From an uncultured Rhodospirillaceae bacterium (lineage in GTDB: Bacteria > Pseudomonadota > Alphaproteobacteria > UBA2966): 62,728 nt of DNA. Within the stretch, counting starts at the first letter, position 1. The number at the start of each line of letters is the position of its first letter. This document shows, one piece after another, positions 18,186 to 27,032 of the stretch. The notes under the pieces are model-generated. The model was not told the origin of the DNA, searched no databases, and worked only from the letters and a program-made list of their open reading frames with translations. The translations under genes were made by a program, and so were the position numbers. The stretch spans positions 1 to 62,728 of the forward strand of contig CAYOAD010000002.1 in NCBI GenBank assembly GCA_964401845.1. Direction: 5' to 3'.

Positions 18186-18914
18186 TCAGGCATCCCGGTC
18201 GGCGATAAATTCGAGCACGCTCCTGCGTGCCTCCTTCAACAGGTGCCGCATGGTGCTACTAGCGGTTTCGGGGTCCTGCGCGATGATGGCGTCGAGCACG
18301 GCCTTGTGCTGCGGCAACGCGTTGGCCTTGAGCATCGCATTGGATGCGGCAAAGCTGGCCGCCAGCGCGGTTTCGATCATCGAGCCTAGCGAGCGCAACA
18401 GCTCGTTCCCGGTGGCGGCCAGGATCAACTGATGGAATCTGAGATCCGGTTCGATGCCGGCGGGCACGTCGTCGCCGGCTGCGACCATGCCCTCGTAGGC
18501 GGCATTGATGGCGGCGATCTGCGCCTCGTCCCGGTTGGCGGCGGCCATGGCGGCGGCGGCGGGTTCGACGATCTCGCGCACCTCGAACAGCATGTCGGTC
18601 GCCGGCACGTTAGGCCCGGCGGCGAATAGCCACGACAGGATATCGGGATCCAAGAGGTTCCAGTCCTCGCGCTGGCGCACCTTGGTGCCGGTCTTGGGAC
18701 GCGATTCGACCAATCCCTTGGCGGCGAGAACCTTGATAGCCTCTCGCAGGGCGGTGCGGCTGACGCTGAGTTCGTTGCTGAGTTGCGATTCGTTGGGCAG
18801 GACCTGCCCCGGCGCCAGTTCACCTTGAAGGATACGCGCGCCGATATCATGCGCCACTTGGCCGTGCAGGCTGCGGCGGGAATAGGTCCGGATTTGCGTA
18901 CTCGTCTCGTTCAT
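18186..18914 (-). CDS. GntR family transcriptional regulator, FadR/FCD subfamily
   Basis: PNESQLSNELSVSRTALREAIKVLAAKGLVESRPKTGTKV winged helix plus an all-helical C-terminal FCD-like domain. The ORF track starts at TTG 18923; ATG 18914 (MNETSTQ) is preferred. Confidence 0.9.
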   Translation of the reverse strand: MNETSTQIRTYSRRSLHGQVAHDIGARILQGELAPGQVLPNESQLSNELSVSRTALREAIKVLAAKGLVESRPKTGTKVRQREDWNLLDPDILSWLFAAGPNVPATDMLFEVREIVEPAAAAMAAANRDEAQIAAINAAYEGMVAAGDDVPAGIEPDLRFHQLILAATGNELLRSLGSMIETALAASFAASNAMLKANALPQHKAVLDAIIAQDPETASSTMRHLLKEARRSVLEFIADRDA

Positions 18915-19109
18915 CGCTCCCAATCATGCCTTTCCCGGCATTCCCGGCCCGACCTGACGTCGAGTTCTTATTGATCATCGCCCGGGTTTGACCAAGTATT
19001 CAGCCGAGTAGCTTGGCCATGAGCGACAATCATCATATTATATGCTCATATAGTGGGGCCCGCTCCGCACCGGAGTCAAGCACCAGACGCCGCCGCCAGG
19101 GGGGTGAAA

Positions 19110-19778
19110 ATGGCCGTCACTCAGTACCAGTTCAAAACCGCCGCCGAAAAGTTCCACGATAACCTGGCGGCGATGCCCGTCGTCGCCATCCTCCGGGGCA
19201 TCACGCCGCCGGAGGCATTGACCGTCGGGCGTGCCCTGATCGACGCCGGCATCCGCATTATCGAAGTACCGCTCAACTCTCCCAACGCACTGGATAGCGT
19301 GGAGTTACTGGCGGAGGCGTTCGGCGCCAACGCCACGATCGGAGCCGGCACGGCGCTGACCAGGGAACAGGTCGCCAAAGCCGCCAATATCGGCGGCCAG
19401 CTCGCCGTCAGCCCCAACACCGACCCGCAAATTATCAAGGCCGCCGTCGAATTCGGCATGGCCTCCATGCCGGGTTTCGCGACGCCGAGCGAGGCTTTCG
19501 CCGCCGTCGCCGCCGGGGCGCACGCGCTGAAACTCTTCCCCGCGGAGGGCTGCCCGCCCGCGATCCTCAAGGCCATGATGGCGGTACTGCCGGCCCAGGT
19601 GCCCGTGCTGGCCGTCGGCGGTGTCGACGAGCGCAACATGGCGGACTACTGGGCGGCGGGTGCGCGCGGCTTCGGCATCGGCTCGGCGCTCTATGCGCCG
19701 GACAGTCCCGTGGCCGAAATCACCGACCGCGCGGCAAGGTTGGTGGCCGAAATCGAACGCCTGCCCGAACGCCCTTAA
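19110..19778 (+). CDS. dgoA: 2-dehydro-3-deoxy-6-phosphogalactonate (KDPGal) aldolase family protein
   Basis: VVAILRGITPPEALTVGRALIDAGIRIIEVPLNSP...IGAGTALTREQV...LKLFPAE...VLAVGGV is colinear with E. coli DgoA as I remember it. Start taken at ATG 19110 (MAVTQYQF) after GGGGGGTGAAA. The ORF track's GTG at 19053 is an upstream extension. Confidence 0.8.
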   Translation: MAVTQYQFKTAAEKFHDNLAAMPVVAILRGITPPEALTVGRALIDAGIRIIEVPLNSPNALDSVELLAEAFGANATIGAGTALTREQVAKAANIGGQLAVSPNTDPQIIKAAVEFGMASMPGFATPSEAFAAVAAGAHALKLFPAEGCPPAILKAMMAVLPAQVPVLAVGGVDERNMADYWAAGARGFGIGSALYAPDSPVAEITDRAARLVAEIERLPERP

Positions 19779-20695
19779 CGCTTGGCGAGGAACACTTCTC
19801 CGAAAACGGAGGCGCAGACCACGACGATGGCCAGCATTTGTACGGCAGTGATGTCCTGGCCCAGGATCAGGACCGCGAGACCGGCGGCGATCACGGGCTT
19901 GAGGAAGAAGAGGTAACTTCCGCGCGTAATGTCAGGCACGGCGGCCAGTCCGCCGATCCAAAGGAACTGTGTGATTGTGGTGTTCCAGAAAGCGATGACG
20001 AGCAGCGCAACCAGTCCGGCCGCCGGTAGTTCGCTCAGGCGTGACGGCGCCGCCCAAACCCCAAACGTCAGCCCAACCAGCAGCCAAAGCCCGATGCCGC
20101 CGATCATCATGGTGATGGCCGTGATGCGCAGGGCGCCGTATTCCGCCACGATGGGCCGGACCAGCACCGAATAGGCGGCGACGGCGGCGGCACAGGCGGT
20201 GGCCAGAAAGACGCCGAGGAGGTTTCCGCCAGATCCCGCCAGGCGTGCGAGGTAGCCGTCGGTAATCAACAGCGCGATGCCGACGACGGCGCAGATGCCG
20301 CTGACGGCCTTGGCCCGCGTAATGGGCTGGTGGTTGACCACCAGATTGGCGATGGCGACAAAGATCGGGATGGTCGTCACCGTCGTCGCTACCTGCGGCA
20401 CGTTGGCGAAGTCGAGCGACCAGTGGAACACCAGGTACCCCACCGTAACGCCCAGCAGCGACAGCAGCAGGATCGACCAGAAATGGGTCTTCAGCGGGGC
20501 GGCGAGATCACGGCTGCCGGGAAACAGCAGCGCCAGGATGACCAGACCCAGCCCGCCCAACAGGAAACGCCAGACCGAAAGCTCCGGCCCAGCCACGCCA
20601 GACAGGACCGCCACGAACTCCGTCGAGGCATGACCCAGCACGCCGATAAAAACGGCGAGGTAGGCAAGCCCCGCATGGCGGTGCCAAAGCGCCAT
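19775..20695 (-). CDS. DMT superfamily (EamA-type) transporter
   Basis: 306 aa with ten hydrophobic segments in a duplicated EamA arrangement. Its ATG (20695-20693) directly abuts the TAG of the upstream hydrolase gene. Confidence 0.85.
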   Translation of the reverse strand: MALWHRHAGLAYLAVFIGVLGHASTEFVAVLSGVAGPELSVWRFLLGGLGLVILALLFPGSRDLAAPLKTHFWSILLLSLLGVTVGYLVFHWSLDFANVPQVATTVTTIPIFVAIANLVVNHQPITRAKAVSGICAVVGIALLITDGYLARLAGSGGNLLGVFLATACAAAVAAYSVLVRPIVAEYGALRITAITMMIGGIGLWLLVGLTFGVWAAPSRLSELPAAGLVALLVIAFWNTTITQFLWIGGLAAVPDITRGSYLFFLKPVIAAGLAVLILGQDITAVQMLAIVVVCASVFGEVFLAKR

Positions 20696-21514
20696 CTAGA
20701 TGCCGCCCGCGAAGTCCAGCAACGCCTGGGTGAAGACGCCGGGCCTTTCGGCCGGCATCATGTGGGCGGCGTCGGCCATGTCGAGGCGCTGGGCGTGGGG
20801 CATGCGTGCCGTGCGTTCCGCGACGTCCGCTTCGACATAGAACAACCGGTCCTGCTGCCCGGTCATCACCAGCACCGGCAGGTCGATTTTCTCGTAGGGC
20901 AAATCCCAATCGGCGGTACCGCCACAGGCCAACAGCCGATGGTCGTTGTCGGTCGGCGTCAGTGCGGTATAGCCGCCCTCGCCCAGGAAATTGGGCCGCA
21001 CCTCGGCCTGGAAATCCTCGTTGGTGATCAGCGGCATGAAAAGATCCCGCATCAGGTCGAGCCCGCCGATCTCGACGCAGCGCATCATGCCGTCGTTGAT
21101 CCACTTGAGCCTGGGCCCGTCGCGCCGCAGCGTGTTGACGAAGACGATGCCGCTGACCTCGACGTCGTCCAGCCCGTCGAGCCAGGCCTGCACGGCGAAC
21201 AAGCCGCCGATGGAAAGCCCCACCAAGACGGCGCGAGCCGGTTTCACGTGCTCCAATACGCGGGCGCTGTCCGCCGCCATTTGCGCCGCGTTGATTTGCA
21301 CGTCATCCCCGATGGGACTACCCGCCTGGCCGCGGAAATTGAACGACAGGGTTCCATGACCCGCTGCCCGCAGCCCGTCCCCAATCTCCCCTTCCCACAT
21401 GCCGGCATCTCCGGTCAGGGCGTTGAAGAACACGAAGGTCTTGCCGTCGGCGGCCGTCGGCGGTGTATGCGTGTAAGCGATGGCGTTGTTTGTATCGAAT
21501 TCCAGAACGGACAT
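20696..21514 (-). CDS. alpha/beta-fold hydrolase
   Basis: Nucleophile elbow VLVGLSIGGLFA (GxSxG), FFNALTGD oxyanion region, C-terminal His region (ADAAHMMPAERP). Start taken at ATG 21514 (MSVLEFD); the ORF track extends to 21571. Confidence 0.8.
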   Translation of the reverse strand: MSVLEFDTNNAIAYTHTPPTAADGKTFVFFNALTGDAGMWEGEIGDGLRAAGHGTLSFNFRGQAGSPIGDDVQINAAQMAADSARVLEHVKPARAVLVGLSIGGLFAVQAWLDGLDDVEVSGIVFVNTLRRDGPRLKWINDGMMRCVEIGGLDLMRDLFMPLITNEDFQAEVRPNFLGEGGYTALTPTDNDHRLLACGGTADWDLPYEKIDLPVLVMTGQQDRLFYVEADVAERTARMPHAQRLDMADAAHMMPAERPGVFTQALLDFAGGI

Positions 21515-21662
21515 GTCGCACTCCCCAAAAATTACCCGGAGTATTATGTCGTGTGTGCCCGCATACGCCAATTCCCGCCGTATGCGGAAGAGACATGGTT
21601 GGTATGACGGCGAGGCATGAGGTCTGAACCTGACGATGTCAATTGTTTACCACCCCATCAAT

Positions 21663-21743
21663 CGTCATTCCCGCGAAAGCGGGAATCCAGGTGTTTGAAC
21701 TCAAAAATAAGAAAATTGGATTCCCGCGTGCGCGGGAATGACG
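21663..21743. repeat. MITE/REP-like nested inverted-repeat element
   Basis: The 27-nt arms CGTCATTCCCGCGAAAGCGGGAATCCA (21663-21689) and TGGATTCCCGCGTGCGCGGGAATGACG (21717-21743) are reverse complements except for the 4-nt loops. Each arm is itself a hairpin (TTCCCGC-loop-GCGGGAA). A 27-nt AT-rich spacer separates them. Confidence 0.75.
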
Positions 21744-21756
21744 GGAGTGTGAAAAC

Positions 21757-22578
21757 TCAAACAAACGCCTCGTGCCGTTCCTTTACCGTCTGGAGCACCT
21801 CGTCGGCGTCTTTTTTCCACCAATTCTCGGCCGAGAAGATTTCGCATTCGCAGAAGCCGTTGAAGCCGGTGGCTTCAACCCAACCTCGGATTTTGGGGAT
21901 GTCGATGACGCCGTCCCCCATCATGCCGCGGTCGAGCAAAAGATCGCGGGTCGGCACCAGCCAGTCGCAGGTGTGGAAGGCAAGTACGCGGTTGCCGGCC
22001 CTGGCGATCTGGGCCTGGAGGTCAGGATCCCACCAGACGTGGTAGACGTCGACCGCCACACCGATGCCATCACCCAGGTCGTCGCAGATGTCGAGGGCCT
22101 GGCTCAAGATATTCACGCAGGCACGGTCGGCGGCGTACATGGGATGCAGCGGTTCGATGGCCAGCGGCAGGCCCACCTCGCGGGCGTATTCCAGGGTGGC
22201 GGCGATGCCGTCATGGACCTGCCGGCGGGCGTCGGCGATGTCCTTGGAATCACCCGGCAGACCGCCCACCACCAGCACGAGGCAGGCCGCCCCGATGGTC
22301 TTGGCGTCCTCGACGGCGCGGCGGTTGTCGTCGAGCGCGGCCTGGCGGCCCGCGTCGTCCTCGGCGGGAAACATGCCGCCTCGCGCCAGGCCGCTGACGT
22401 CAAGACCGGCGTCGGCGATGTGGCGGGCGGCCTTGTCTGCGCCCATTTCATCGAGTTTGTCTCGCCAGGGGGCAATACCGGGGATGCCGTGCCGGGCGCA
22501 GCCTTCAATGCATTGTTCCAGCGACCACTGTTCCTTGACGGTGGCGGTGTTGAGAGACAGACGCGCAAGATCCGCCAT
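21757..22578 (-). CDS. sugar phosphate isomerase/epimerase (xylose-isomerase-like TIM barrel) family protein
   Basis: 273 aa. LSLNTATVKEQWSLEQCIEGCARHGIPGIAPW N-terminus. Metal-ligand-type blocks (LAIEPLHP, FHTCDW, CECEIFS). Confidence 0.85.
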   Translation of the reverse strand: MADLARLSLNTATVKEQWSLEQCIEGCARHGIPGIAPWRDKLDEMGADKAARHIADAGLDVSGLARGGMFPAEDDAGRQAALDDNRRAVEDAKTIGAACLVLVVGGLPGDSKDIADARRQVHDGIAATLEYAREVGLPLAIEPLHPMYAADRACVNILSQALDICDDLGDGIGVAVDVYHVWWDPDLQAQIARAGNRVLAFHTCDWLVPTRDLLLDRGMMGDGVIDIPKIRGWVEATGFNGFCECEIFSAENWWKKDADEVLQTVKERHEAFV

Positions 22579-22580
22579 GG

Positions 22581-23747
22581 TCAGACGCCGATGCCGTGGG
22601 CGGCCATGACGATGTCGGCGCGGGCGCAGGCTTCCTCGGGATCGGCCAGCAACCCCGCCCTGTCAGCCAGGCGGAACAGTTCGCCCAGGTGTTGAGCCGA
22701 GCGCGCGCTCTCCTGTCCGCCGACCATCACGAAGTGCTCCTGGTGGCCGTTCAGATAAGCCATGAAGACGACGCCGGTTTTGTAGAATCGCGTCGGTGCT
22801 TTGAAAATGTGGCGCGACAACGGCACGGTGGGCGCCAGGATGTCGTGATAGGCCGCCATGTCCTGACGCGCCATGGCGCCGAGCGCCGCGCTGGCGGCCG
22901 GCGCGATGGCGTCGAAGATGCCCAACAGCGCGTCGGAGTAGCCTTCGTCGTCGCCGGCAATCAGGTCCGGGTAGTTGAAATCATCGCCTGTGTACATGCG
23001 CACACCCTCGGGCAGGCGGCGGCGCATGGAGATCTCCTTTTGATCGTCCAGCAGAGAAATTTTAATGCCGTCGATCTTGGCGGCATTGTCCTTGAGGATA
23101 TCCAGACAAACGTCCATCGCCGCCAGGTGGTCGCCGTACCCCCAGTAGCCCTCCAGAGCCGGGTCGAACATCTCGCCCAGCCAGTGGATGATGACGGGGT
23201 CCTTCACCTGGCCGAGGATGCGGCCGTAGACGGTGGCGTAGTCGTCGGGCGATTTGGCCGCTGCTGCCAGGGCGCGGCTGGCCATGAGAATGATCCGCCC
23301 GCCCGCGGCTTCCACCGCCGCGCACTGTTCCTCGTAGGCTGCGATGACGTCGTCAATGCTCAACGATGGATCGGGCGCGATGTGGTCGGTGCCCGCGCCA
23401 CAGGCGACCAGCGCCGCGCCGTCGAAATCGGCGGCCGCGGCGACGGATTGCCTGATCAGTTCGAGCGAGGTGGGCCAGTCGAGCCCCATGCCGCGCTGGG
23501 CCGTGTCCATGGCCTCGGCCACGCCCAGGCCGAGCGACCAGATGTGCCGCCGGTAGGCGATGGTGGCATCCCAATCGACGGCGGTTTCCAGCCAGGGATC
23601 GGCGTCCGAAAAAGGATCGGCCACGACGTGGGCCGCCGAATAGGCGATGCGGGTAAACTCGGCGCCGTTGACGGCAAAGTCGCGGGGCTCTCCCGCATCG
23701 TATTGCTCGACCGCGCCGTCGGCGGTGGGCAGGGCGACGCTCGCCAT
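22581..23747 (-). CDS. DUF993-type protein (aldolase/DapA-fold-like, function unknown)
   Basis: 388 aa. The block RIAYSAAHVVADPFSDADPW...DWDATIAYRRHIWSLGLGVAEAMDTAQRGMGLDW matches my memory of the DUF993 family signature. 2-nt gaps to both neighbours. Confidence 0.65.
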   Translation of the reverse strand: MASVALPTADGAVEQYDAGEPRDFAVNGAEFTRIAYSAAHVVADPFSDADPWLETAVDWDATIAYRRHIWSLGLGVAEAMDTAQRGMGLDWPTSLELIRQSVAAAADFDGAALVACGAGTDHIAPDPSLSIDDVIAAYEEQCAAVEAAGGRIILMASRALAAAAKSPDDYATVYGRILGQVKDPVIIHWLGEMFDPALEGYWGYGDHLAAMDVCLDILKDNAAKIDGIKISLLDDQKEISMRRRLPEGVRMYTGDDFNYPDLIAGDDEGYSDALLGIFDAIAPAASAALGAMARQDMAAYHDILAPTVPLSRHIFKAPTRFYKTGVVFMAYLNGHQEHFVMVGGQESARSAQHLGELFRLADRAGLLADPEEACARADIVMAAHGIGV

Positions 23748-23749
23748 CG

Positions 23750-24901
23750 TCAGAGCTCCAGTTCCGGCACGTCGAGCCAGCGCCGTTCCGCCCAGCTCTG
23801 CATACCCAGTTCGGCGAGTTGCACGCCCTTGGCTCCGGACAGCAGATCATAGGACCAGGGGGCGTCCTCTTGGACGTGGCGGATGAACATCTCCCACTGG
23901 CTCTTGAAACCGTTGTCGAAAACCGCGTTGTCCGGCACCTCTTGCCATTGGTCGAAGAAATCGAGCTTTTGCGGCTCATCGGGATTCCAGACCGGCTTCG
24001 GCGTGTTCCAGCGCGCCTGGCTGCGGCAGGAGTGCAGCCCCGCCACCGCCGAGCCGTGCGTGCCGTCGACATGGAAAGTCACCAGATCGTCGCGGCGGAC
24101 GCGAGTGCACCATGACGAATTGAGCTGGGCGATGATGCCGCCTTCGAGCTCGAAAGTGGCATAGGCCGCGTCGTCGGCATCGGCGTCGTAGCCGTCGCCA
24201 TTCTCGTCCCAGCGCTTGGGGATGTGCGTCGCGCCCAGGCAACTCACCGCCTTGACGGGTGCGATGGTGTTGTCGAGCACGTAGCGCCAGTGGCACAGCA
24301 TGTCGAGGATGATGCCGCCGCCGTCCGCTTTGCGGTAGTTCCAGGAGGGGCGCTGGGCTTCCTGCCAATCGCCCTCGAACACCCAGTAGCCGAATTCGCC
24401 GCGCACGCTCAGTATGCGGCCAAAGAAACCGGTGTCGCGCAAGCGCTTGAGCTTGAGCAGGCCAGGCAGCGACAGCTTGTCGTGCACGACGCCGTTTTTG
24501 ACGCCCTTCTCCTTGGCGTAACGGGCGACGTCCAGGGCCACGTCCAGCGTCTCGGCTATGGGCTTCTCACAGTAGACGTCCTTGCCCGCATCCATCGCCC
24601 GCTTCAGAAGTTCGGCGCGCATCTGGGTGGTGCCGGCGTCAAAGAACATGGTGTCGTCCGGATTGGCCAGCGCAGCCTCGAGATCGGCGGTCCAGCGCTC
24701 CACGCCGTGGGCTTTGGCCAGTCGCTCGATCTTGTCGGCGTTGCGCCCCACCAGGATGGGATCGGGCATCACCCGGTCGCCGTTCTGCAGCACCACGCCG
24801 CCCTCTTCCCGGATCGCCAGGATCGAGCGTATGAGATGCTGGTTCATGCCCATGCGCCCAGTGACGCCGTGCATGATAAGGCCCAATCGAATGTCCGCCA
24901 T
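23750..24901 (-). CDS. Gfo/Idh/MocA family NAD(P)-dependent oxidoreductase
   Basis: N-terminal Rossmann IRLGLIMHGVTGRMG, conserved CEKPIA block, C-terminal alpha/beta dimerisation domain. Its ATG shares 1 nt with the upstream stop (TGATG). Confidence 0.9.
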   Translation of the reverse strand: MADIRLGLIMHGVTGRMGMNQHLIRSILAIREEGGVVLQNGDRVMPDPILVGRNADKIERLAKAHGVERWTADLEAALANPDDTMFFDAGTTQMRAELLKRAMDAGKDVYCEKPIAETLDVALDVARYAKEKGVKNGVVHDKLSLPGLLKLKRLRDTGFFGRILSVRGEFGYWVFEGDWQEAQRPSWNYRKADGGGIILDMLCHWRYVLDNTIAPVKAVSCLGATHIPKRWDENGDGYDADADDAAYATFELEGGIIAQLNSSWCTRVRRDDLVTFHVDGTHGSAVAGLHSCRSQARWNTPKPVWNPDEPQKLDFFDQWQEVPDNAVFDNGFKSQWEMFIRHVQEDAPWSYDLLSGAKGVQLAELGMQSWAERRWLDVPELEL

Positions 24902-26361
24902 CAGGTGAAGTCCTTTACCGTTAAGTCCATTTCGCGCATCGAATTCCAGTCGGGTTCCGTGCCTGTCGCAAAGCCGATGCCGTCGAGCGAGGTCAGGTCC
25001 AGGCGGCCGTCCTCGATATTGACGAAGGTCTCGCCGTTCTCATGCCGGTAGAGGCCGGGATGGGCGTCGGCGAAGGCCTTCTGCTCGCCGGCCGGGGCGC
25101 CCGCGCCGGTCATGCCGTGAACGTAGTGGTGGCCGTTGCGCTCGACGTGCTCGAGACCCAGGAGGTTTATCAGCGCCAGGTCCTGCTGCAGGCCGACGCC
25201 GCCTTGGATGGTAAGGTCCTCCGCCGACATGAAATAGGGGCCGAGTTCCGCCTTGTCGGTGCCCCGCTCCTCGTCCGTCCAGACCTGGCAGCGGGCGGTG
25301 TTCAGGATCGACTTGTAGAACCCCTTACAGGTCTTTGACGAAACGCCGCGGTAGCCACGCATGCGCGCCGTCGGGAAGGCATCGAAGTTGCCGTCCGATT
25401 CGTCGATAATGACGGGATAGCGCGCCGCAATCGGCGTGACGTCCTCGTTGAGCGCCGTGGCGCGTTTTATAGGCTGTTCGACGAACAGGATGGCCTGGCG
25501 GAACTTGTCGAGCGCCGGCGTCGCGTCCATCTCGTCCAGCAATTCGATGACGCCGGCGGCATCCTCGTACTGTTCGTTGCCGTCGAGCGACAAGCGGTAA
25601 TCCCCGGCCAGCCGGTCCAAAACGTCCGCCACTGCCGACAACCGGTCGATATCGGCGTGCAAGTCACCGCCGACCTTGACCTTGAAGTAGCGGTGGCCAT
25701 ACGCCGTGACGATCTCTTCCAAGGTTTCCGGCAGGCCGTCGTCGACGCGGTCCGCCGCCGACTGATCGGCCGCCGTCAGAGGATCGATCATGCCGACGGT
25801 GTGGCGGGCGTGAACCGACTTTGACGGCTCGAGACTGCCGAGGAAGCGGGTGAGATCCAGTCCCGCCAGATCGGACGTCATGGAAAGATCGATGCCCGGC
25901 AAGTTGGTCTGGATGGCCCGATAGAACGACATATTGTGAATGCCGCAAATCGCATCCAGCACCGCCCGGTTCAACAGGGCCGGACCGTAAGTCGCCACCA
26001 GCGAATTCATGCCGCGCAAGCGCGCCGCCAGGACGTGCTCGTGATGGCAGGCGACCGGCAGGCCGTACGCCGTCGTCGTCCCGACCGCCAGAAAGGCGTC
26101 GCGCGACAACGACAGGGCTGTGCGCAACTGGTCGAAATTTTCCTCGTTGGTCAACGCTTCGTTCTTGTCGAACCACTTGGGCGCCAGCACCTCCGCCGAC
26201 ATGCCCCAGCCCGAGTGGCCGGCTTCGTCGCTGACGCGGATGCGGGCGAAGGCCTGGGGCGCCTCCCGCAAGGTGACGACGCCGAACCGGAAGGGCAGCC
26301 GCAGCACGACGTCGCGTTCATACAGTTCGATTTCCTCGACGCGGATTTTCGGGGCGGTCAT
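24901..26361 (-). CDS. enolase-superfamily (MR/MLE-type) protein, unusually long (~486 aa)
   Basis: KxK block YFKVKVGG. Metal-ligand-type blocks LSLDGNEQY, LFVEQPI, VIIDESD, in the order expected for the enolase-superfamily barrel. Start placed at ATG 26361, which gives an ATGA overlap with the tetR stop; the ORF track starts at 26385. Confidence 0.7.
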   Translation of the reverse strand: MTAPKIRVEEIELYERDVVLRLPFRFGVVTLREAPQAFARIRVSDEAGHSGWGMSAEVLAPKWFDKNEALTNEENFDQLRTALSLSRDAFLAVGTTTAYGLPVACHHEHVLAARLRGMNSLVATYGPALLNRAVLDAICGIHNMSFYRAIQTNLPGIDLSMTSDLAGLDLTRFLGSLEPSKSVHARHTVGMIDPLTAADQSAADRVDDGLPETLEEIVTAYGHRYFKVKVGGDLHADIDRLSAVADVLDRLAGDYRLSLDGNEQYEDAAGVIELLDEMDATPALDKFRQAILFVEQPIKRATALNEDVTPIAARYPVIIDESDGNFDAFPTARMRGYRGVSSKTCKGFYKSILNTARCQVWTDEERGTDKAELGPYFMSAEDLTIQGGVGLQQDLALINLLGLEHVERNGHHYVHGMTGAGAPAGEQKAFADAHPGLYRHENGETFVNIEDGRLDLTSLDGIGFATGTEPDWNSMREMDLTVKDFT

Positions 26362-26993
26362 CGGCCGGATCCTCCCGTTGAGCACAAGTAGCCGACGACG
26401 ACGTCGACGGCGTGCTCAAGACGATCAGCCAAAGCCCGCTCGGTTGTCAACTTCCGACCGAAAATCGCCCCCAGGGTGGCCGCATTGGAAAGATAAAAAT
26501 ATCCCAGCCCGGCGATGGTGACATAGAGCTGCACCGGATCCACCTTGGCGCGGAAGACCCCTGCCGTCACGCCTCGTTCCAGCACTTCTGCGATGCGGTC
26601 GACCATGGGCGAATGCATGGCCTGGATACGTTCCGAGCGCTGGACATGGACCGCGCCGTATAGGTTTGCGTCGTTCAGCAGACTGATGAATTCGGGGTTT
26701 TCGAGGTAGTAGTTGAAAGTGTAGGTCACCAGCTTGCGGATGGCCTCGAGGGGTTCCAGGTCCTCCAGGTGAAGCTCCGCCTCATGGCCGCGGATCTGGG
26801 CGTAGGCCTCCTCCATGACGGCGGTGTAGAGGTCGTCCTTGTTGCCGAAATAGTGGTATAACATGCGCTTGTTGGCGCCGGCCCGCTCGGCAATGGCGTC
26901 GACGCGCGCCCCGCCCAGGCCCTTGGCCGCAAACTCGGCGGTCGCGGCCTTGAGGATCAGCGATTTGGTCTCATCGGGTTTGCGCCGCGCCAC
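26358..26993 (-). CDS. TetR/AcrR family transcriptional regulator
   Basis: LILKAATAEFAAKGLGGARVDAIAERAGANKRMLYHYFGNKDDLY HTH. 211 aa. First gene of the minus-strand operon. Confidence 0.9.
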   Translation of the reverse strand: MARRKPDETKSLILKAATAEFAAKGLGGARVDAIAERAGANKRMLYHYFGNKDDLYTAVMEEAYAQIRGHEAELHLEDLEPLEAIRKLVTYTFNYYLENPEFISLLNDANLYGAVHVQRSERIQAMHSPMVDRIAEVLERGVTAGVFRAKVDPVQLYVTIAGLGYFYLSNAATLGAIFGRKLTTERALADRLEHAVDVVVGYLCSTGGSGR

Positions 26994-27032
26994 GTCCGTT
27001 CCATCCCGTTTTAGGTGCCAAATTCGACCGAA

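Noticed and set aside
19053-19109. Upstream-extended starts given by the ORF track for several genes: 1963, 19053, 21571, 26385, 27126, 35713, 37778, 38841, 41858, 42865, 57817.
   Set aside because: In each case the extension lacks an SD sequence, overlaps the neighbouring gene or a regulatory hairpin, and adds non-homologous residues. An internal ATG or GTG with an SD-like purine tract gives the expected family N-terminus. The starts remain predictions.
21617-22045. 142-aa ORF beginning in the intergenic repeat (…SFPRKRESR…DSRVRGNDG…).
   Set aside because: It is the translation of the two hairpin arms of the MITE-like element followed by the antisense strand of the TIM-barrel gene. It is not a real gene.
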